A DNA stretch of 64,000 nucleotides from Heterodontus francisci (taxonomy: Eukaryota): contig NC_090378.1 in NCBI RefSeq assembly GCF_036365525.1, positions 118,095,593-118,159,592 on the forward strand. Reading direction: 5' to 3'. The stretch's first letter is position 1, and each line of letters starts with the position of its first letter. The notes under the pieces are model-generated. The model was not told the DNA's origin. It worked only from the letters and a program-made list of their open reading frames with translations, and made no database searches. This document shows, in pieces, positions 55,901 to 64,000 of this stretch. Position numbers and translations under genes: made by a program.

Positions 55901-58900
55901 TATATTATATATAACTGTGGGATGTGTCAGTCCAGGAGGTGGGACTGTGTGTCCATTATTATATATTATATATAACTGTGGGATGTGTCAGTATACAGGA
56001 GGTGGGACTGTGTGTCCATTATTATATATTACATATAGCTGTGGGATGTGTCAGTACAGGAGGTGAGACTGTGTGTCCATTATTATATATTATATATAAC
56101 TGTGGGATGTGTCAGTATACAGGAGGTGGAACTGTGTTTCCATTATTATATATTATATATAGCTGTGGGATGTGTCAGTACAGGAGGTGAGACTGTGTGT
56201 CCATTATTATATATTATATATAATTGTGGGACGTGTCAGTACAGGAGGTGGGACTGTGTCTCCATTATTATATATTATATATAACTGTGGGATGTGTCAG
56301 TACAGGAGGTGGGACTGTGTGTCCATTATTATATATTATATATAACTGTGGGACGTGTCAGTACAGGAGGTGGGACTGTGTGTCCATTATTATATATTAT
56401 ATATAACAGTGGGATGTGTCAGTACAGGAGGTGGGACTGTGTGTCCATTATTATATATTATATATAACTGTGGGATGTGTCAGTACAGGAGTTGGGACTG
56501 TGTGTCCATTATTATATTATATATAACAGTGGGACATGTCAGTACAGGAGGTGGGACTGTGTGTCCATTATTATATATTATATATAACAGTGGGATGTGT
56601 CAGTACAGGAGGTGGGACTGTGTGTCCATTATTATATTATATATAACAGTGGGACATGTCAGTACAGGAGGTGGGACTGCGTGTCCATTATTATATATTA
56701 TATATAACTGTGGGATGTGTCAGTACAGGAGTTGGGACTGTGTGTCCATTATTATAATATATATATAACTGTGGGATGTGTCAGTACAGGAGTTGGGACT
56801 GTGTGTCCATTATTATATTATATATAACAGTGGGACATGTCAGTACAGGAGGTGGGACTGTGTGTCCATTATTATATATTATATATAACTGTGGGATGTG
56901 TCAGTACAGGAGGCGGGACTGTGTGTCCATTATTATATATTATATCTAACTGTGAGACGTGTCAGTGCAGGAGGTGGGACTGTGTGTCCATTATTATATA
57001 TTATATATAACTGTGGGACGTGTCAGTCCAGGATGTGGGACTGTGTGTCCATTATTATATATTATATATAACTGTGAGACGTGTCAGTGCAGGAGGTGGG
57101 ACTGTGTGTCCATTTTTATATATTATATAGAACTGTGGGATGTGTCAGTACCGGAGGTGGGACTGTGTGTTCATTATTATATCTTATATAGAACTGTGGG
57201 ACGTGTCAGTACAGGAGGTGGGACTGTGTGTCCATTATTATATATTATATATAACTGTGGGACGTGTCAGTACCGGAGGTGGGACTGTGTGTTCATTATT
57301 ATATCTTATATAGAACTGTGGGACGTGTCAGTACAGGAGGTGGGACTGTGTGTCCATTATTATATATTATATATAACTGTGGGACGTGTCAGTACAGGAG
57401 GTGGGACTGTGTGTCCATTATTATATATTATATATAACTGTGGGACGTGTCAGTACAGGAGGTGGGACTGTGTGTCCATTATTATATATTATATATAACT
57501 GTGGGACGTGTCAGTCCAGGAGGTGGGACTGTGTGTCCATTATTATATATTATATATAACTGTGGGATGTGTCAGTCCAGGAGGTGGGACTGTGTGTCCA
57601 TTATTCTATATTATATATAACTGTGGGATGTGTCAGTACAGGAGGTGGGACTGTGTGTCCATTATTATATATTATATATAACTGTGGGACGTGTCAGTAC
57701 AGGAGGTGGGACTGTGTGTCCATTATTATATATTATATATAACTGTGGGACGTGTCAGTACAGGAGGTGGGACTGTGTGTCCATTATTATATATTATATA
57801 TAACTGTGGGACGTGTCAGTACAGGAGGTGGGACTGTGTGTCCATTATTATATATTATATATAACTGTGGGATGTGTCAGTCCAGGAGGTGGGACTGTGT
57901 GTCCATTATTATATATTATATATAACTGTGGGATGTGTCAGTCCAGGAGGTGGGACTGTGTGTCCATTATTCTATATTATATATAACTGTGGGATGTGTC
58001 AGTCCAGGAGGTGGGACTGTGTGTCCATTATTATATATTATATATAACTGTGGGATGTGTCAGTACAGGAGGTGGGACTGTGTGTCCATTATTATATATT
58101 ATATATAACTGTGGGATGTGTCAGTACAGGAGGTGGGACTGTGTGTCCATTATTATATATTATATATAACTGTGGGATGTGTCAGTACAGGAGGTGGGAC
58201 TGTGTGTCCATTATTATATATTATATATAACTGTGGGATGTGTCAGTCCAGGAGGTGGGACTGTCTGTCCATTATTATATATTATATATACCTGTGGGAT
58301 GCGTCAGTGCAGGAGGTGAGACTGTGTGTCCATTATTATATATTATATATAACTGTGGGATGTGTCAGTCCAGGAGGTGGGACTGTGTGTCCATTATTAT
58401 ATATTATATATAACTGTGGGATGTGTCAGTCCAGGAGGTGGGACTGTGTGTCCATTATTATATATTATATATAACTGTGGGATGTGTCAGTCCAGGAGGT
58501 GGGACTGTGTGTCCATTATTATATATTATATATAACTGTGGGATGTGTCAGTCCAGGAGGTGAGACTGTGTGTCCATTATTATATATTATATATAACTGT
58601 GGGATGTGTTAGTCCAGGAGGTGGGACTGTGTGTCCATTATTATATATTATATATAACTGTGGGATGTGTCAGTATACAGGAGGTGGGACTGTGTGTCCA
58701 TTATTATATATTACATATAGCTGTGGGATGTGTCAGTACAGGAGGTGAGACTGTGTGTCCATTATTATATATTATATATAACTCTGGGATGTGTCAGTAT
58801 ACAGGAGGTGGGACTGTGTGTCCATTATGATATATTATATCTATCTGTGGGATGTGTCAGTAGAGGAGGTGAGACTGTGTGTCCATTATTATATATTATA

Positions 58901-61900
58901 TATAAATGTGGGACGTGTCAGTACAGGAGGTGGGACTGTGTGTCCATTATTATATTTTATATATATCTGTGGGACATGTCAGTACAGGAGGTGGGACTGT
59001 GTGTCCATTATTATATATTATATATAACAGTGGGATGTGTCAGTACAGGAGGTGGGACTGTGTGTCCATTATTATATATTATATATAACAGTGGGATGTG
59101 TCAGTACAGGAGGTGGGACTGTGTGTCCATTGTTATATATTATATATAACTGTGGGATGTGTCAGTACAGGAGGTGGGACTGTGTGTCCATTATTATATT
59201 AGATATAACAGTGGGACATGTCAGTACAGGAGTTGGGACTGTGTGTCCATTATTATATTAGATATAACAGTGGGACATGTCAGTACAGAGGTGGGACTGT
59301 GTGTCCATTATTATATATTATATATAACTGTGGGATGTGTCAGTCCAGGAGGTGGGACTGTGTGTCCATTATTATATATTATATATAACTGTGGGATGTG
59401 TCAGTACAGGAGGTGGAACTGTGTGTCCATTATTATATATTATATATAACTGTGGGATGTGTCAGTACAGGAGGTGGGACTGTGTGTCCATTATTATAGA
59501 TTATATATAACTGTGGGATGTGTCAGTCCAGGAGGTGGGACTTTGTGTCCATTATTATATATTATATATAACTGTGGGATGTGTCAGTACAGGAGGTGGG
59601 ACTGTGTGTCCATTATTATATATTATATATAACTGTGGACGTGTCAGTACAGGAGGTGGGACTGTGTGTCCATTATTATATATTATATATAACAGTGGGA
59701 TGTGTCAGTACAGGAGGTGGGACTGTGTGTCCATTATTATATTATATATAACAGTGGGACATGTCAGTACAGGATGTGGGACTGTGTGTCCATTATTATA
59801 TATTATATATAACTGTGGGATGTGTCAGTACAGGAGGTGGGACTGTGTGTCCATTATTATATATTATATATAACTGTGGGATGTGTCAGTCCAGGAGGTG
59901 GGACTGTGTGTCCATTATTATATATTATATCTAACTGTGAGACGTGTCAGTGCAGGAGGTGGGACTGTGTGTCCATTATTATATATTATATATAACTGTG
60001 GACGTGTCAGTACAGGAGGTGGGACTGTGTGTCCATTATTATATATTATATCTAACTGTGAGACGTGTCAGTGCAGGAGGTGGGACTGTGTGTCCATTAT
60101 TATATATTATATATAACTGTGGGAAGTGTCAGTACAGGAGGTGGGACTGTGTGTCCATTATTATATATTATATATAACTGTGGGACGTGTCAGTACAGGA
60201 GATGGGACTGTGTGTCCATTATTATATATTATATATAACTGTGGGATGTGTCAGTACAGGAGGTGGGACTGTGTGTCCATTATTATATATTATATATAAC
60301 TGTGGGATGTGTCAGTCCAGGAGGTGGGACTGTGTGTCCATTATTATATATTATATATAACTGTGGGATGTGTCAGTCCAGGAGGTGGGACTGTGTGTCC
60401 ATTATTATATATTATATATAACTGTGGGATGTGTCAGTCCAGGAGGTGGGACTGTGTGTCCATTATTATATATTATATATAACTGTGGGATGTGTCAGTC
60501 CAGGAGGTGGGACTGTGTGTCCATTATTATATATTATATATAACTGTGGGATGTGTCAGTACAGGAGGTGGGACTGTGTGTCCATTATTTTAAATTATAT
60601 ATAACTGTGGGATGTGTCAGTACAGGAGGTGAGACTGTGTGTCCATTATTATATATTATATATAACTGTGGGATGTGTCTGTCCAGGAGGTGGGACTGTG
60701 TGTCCATTATTATATATTATATATAACTGTGGGATGTGTCAGTATACAGGAGGTGGGACTCTGTGTCCATTATTATATATTACATATAGCTGTGGGATGT
60801 GTCAGTACAGGAGGTGAGACTGTGTGTCCATTATTATATATTATATATAACTGTGGGATGTGTCAGTATACAGGAGGTGGGACTGTGTGTCCGTTATTAT
60901 ATATTATATATAGCTGTGGGATGTGTCAGTACAGGAGGTGAGACTGTGTGTCCATTATTATATATTATATATAACTGTGGGACGTGTCAGTACAGGAGGT
61001 GGGACTGTGTGTCCATTATTATATTTTATATATATCTGTGGGACATGTCAGTACAGGAGGTGGGACTGTGTGTCCATTATTATATATTATATATAACTGT
61101 GGGACGTGTCAGTACAGGAGGTGGGACTGTGTGTCCATTATTATATATTATATATAACAGTGGGATGTGTCAGTACAGGAGGTGGGACTGTGTGTCCATT
61201 ATTATATATTATATATAACAGTGGGATGTGTCAGTACAGGAGGTGGGACTGTGTGTCCATTGTTATATATTATATATAACTGTGGGATGTGTCAGTACAG
61301 GAGGTGGGACTGTGTGTCCATTATTATATTAGATATAACAGTGGGACATGTCAGTACAGGAGGTGGGACTGTGTGTCCATTATTATATATTATATATAAC
61401 AGTGGGATGTGTCAGTCCAGGAGGTGGGACTGTGTGTCCATTATTCTATATTATATATAACTGTGGGATGTGTCAGTCCAGGAGGTGGGACTGTGTGTCC
61501 ATTATTATATATTATATATAACTGTGGGATGTGTCAGTACAGGAGGTGGAACTGTGTGTCCATTATTATATATTATATATAACTGTGGGATGTGTCAGTA
61601 CAGGAGGTGGGACTGTGTGTCCATTATTATAGATTATATATAACTGTGGGATGTGTCAGTCCAGGAGGTGGGACTTTGTGTCCATTATTATATATTATAT
61701 ATAACTGTGGGATGTGTCAGTACAGGAGGTGGGACTGTGTGTCCATTATTATATATTATAGATAACTGTGGACGTGTCAGTACAGGAGGTGGGACTGTGT
61801 GTCCATTATTATATATTATATATAACAGTGGGATGTGTCAGTACAGGAGGTGGGACTGTGTGTCCATTATTATATTATATATAACAGTGGGACATGTCAG

Positions 61901-64000
61901 TACAGGATGTGGGACTGTGTGTCCATTATTATATATTATATATAACTGTGGGATGTGTCAGTACAGGAGGTGGGACTGTGTGTCCATTATTATATATTAT
62001 ATATTACTGTGGGATGTGTCAGTCCAGGAGGTGGGACTGTGTGTCCATTATTATATATTATATATAACTGTGGGACGTGTCTGTCCAGGAGGTGGGACTG
62101 TGTGTCCATTATTATATATTATATATAACTGTGGACGTGTCAGTACAGGAGGTGGGACTGTGTGTCCATTATTATATATTATATATAACTGTGGGACGTG
62201 TCAGTCCAGGAGGTGGGACTGTGTGTCCATTATTATATATTATATCTAACTGTGAGACGTGTCAGTGCAGGAGGTGGGACTGTGTGTCCATTATTATATA
62301 TTATATATAACTGTGGACGTGTCAGTACAGGAGGTGGGACTGTGTGTCCATTATTATATATTATATCTAACTGTGAGACGTGTCAGTGCAGGAGGTGGGA
62401 CTGTGTGTCCATTATTATATATTATATCTAACTGTGGGACGTGTCAGTACAGGAGGTGGGACTGTGTGTCCATTATTATATATTATATATAACTGTGGGA
62501 CGTGTCAGTACAGGAGGTGGGACTGTGTGTCCATTATTATATATTATATATAACTGTGGGATGTGTCAGTACAGGAGGTGGGACTGTTGTCCATTATTAT
62601 ATATTATATATAACTGTGGGATGTGTCAGTCCAGGAGGTGGGACTGTGTGTCCATTATTATATATTATATATAACTGTGGGATGTGTCAGTCCAGGAGGT
62701 GGGACTGTGTGTCCATTATTATATATTATATATAACTGTGGGATGTGTCAGTCCAGGAGGTGGGACTGTGTGTCCATTATTATATATTATATATAACTGT
62801 GGGATGTGTCAGTCCAGGAGGTGGGACTGTGTGTCCATTATTATATATTATATATAACTGTGGGATGTGTCAGTACAGGAGGTGGGACTGTGTGTCCATT
62901 ATTTTAAATTATATATAACTGTGGGATGTGTCAGTACAGGAGGTGGGACTGTGTGTCCATTATTATATATTATATATAACTGTGGGATGTGTCTGTCCAG
63001 GAGGTGGGACTGTGTGTCCATTATTATATATTATATATAACTGTGGGATGTGTCAGTCCAGGAGGTGGGACTGTGTGTCCATTATTATATATTATATATA
63101 ACTGTGGGATGTGTCAGTCCAGGAGGTGGGACTGTGTGTCCATTATTATATATTATATATAACTGTGGGATGTGTCAGTACAGGAGGTGGAACTGTGTGT
63201 CCATTATTACTTATTATATATAACTGTGGGATGTGTCAGTACAGGAGGTGGGACTGTGTGTCCATTATTATATATTATATATAACTGTGGGATGTGTCAG
63301 TGCAGGAGGTGGGACTGTGTGTCCATTATTATATATTATATATAACTGTGGGATGTGTCAGTGCAGGAGGTGGGACTGTGTGTCCATTATTATATATTAT
63401 ATATAACTGTGGGACGTGTCAGTACAGGAGGTGGGACTGTCTGTCCATTATTATATATTATATATAACTGTGGGATGTGTCAGTACTGGAGATGGGACTG
63501 TGTGTCCATTATTATTTATTATATATAACTGTGGGACGTGTCAGTACAGGAGGTGGGACTGTCTGTCCATTATTATATATTATATATAACTGTGGGACGT
63601 GTCAGTACAGGAGGTGGGACTGTCTGTCCATCATTATATATTATATATAACTGTGGGACGTGTCAGTCCAGGAGGTGGGACTGTCTGACCATTATTATAT
63701 ATTATATATAACTGTGGGACGTGTCAGTACAGGAGGTGGGGCTGTCTGTCCATTTTTTTATATTATATATAACTGTGGGATGTGTCAGTGCAGGAGGTGG
63801 GAATGTGTATCCATTATTATATATTATTTATAACTGTGGAACGTTTCAGTGCAGGAGGTGGGACTGTGTGTCCATTATTATATATTATATATAACTGTGG
63901 GTTGTGTCAGTACAGGAGGTGGGACTGTGTGTCCATTATTATATATTATATATAACTGTGGGTTGTGTCAGTACAGGAGGTGGGACTGTCTGTCCATTAT
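49927..64000. repeat. 61-bp tandem satellite, >14 kb and about 230 units, running off the window; consensus GGGACTGTGTGTCCATTATTATATATTATATATAACTGTGGGATGTGTCAGTACAGGAGGT
   Basis: Continuous tandem units with 59/60/63-bp variants; source of all MSVQEVGLCVHYY ORFs. Confidence 0.98.

Noticed and set aside
49927-64000. CRISPR-like appearance and many short ORFs in the 61-bp array
   Set aside because: No unique spacers, no cas genes, vertebrate context; plain tandem satellite

Overview
Cartilaginous-fish (shark) genomic DNA; the Ig constant domain resembles, from recollection, horn/nurse shark type III (kappa, NS4-like) light chains. The core is a roughly 10-kb island (about 40.0-49.9 kb) with a minus-strand Ig kappa J segment (45447-45481, intact 23-RSS and splice donor) and an intact C exon (41143-41471). 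No V segment is visible in the 18.5 kb upstream of J. The island lies between a ~27.7-kb 45-bp tandem array with kilobase-scale higher-order duplications (12290-40038) and a >14-kb 61-bp array (49927-end). The first 12 kb is nested, mostly decayed retroelements (CR1-type LINEs, solo LTR with TSD, gypsy fragment, Penelope-like insert, near-full-length RTE LINE). The most interesting signal is an orphan J-oriented RSS ~0.9 kb downstream of C (perfect CACAGTG, 22-nt spacer partly matching the J spacer, 7/9 nonamer), together with an isolated, oppositely oriented perfect heptamer in the J-C intron. This is the layout of the mammalian kappa-deleting element (KDE/RS) system. A BH3-like coding fragment near 11.2 kb and a promoter/enhancer-like motif cluster 3' of C also merit checking. 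The long repeat-derived ORFs are not considered genes.
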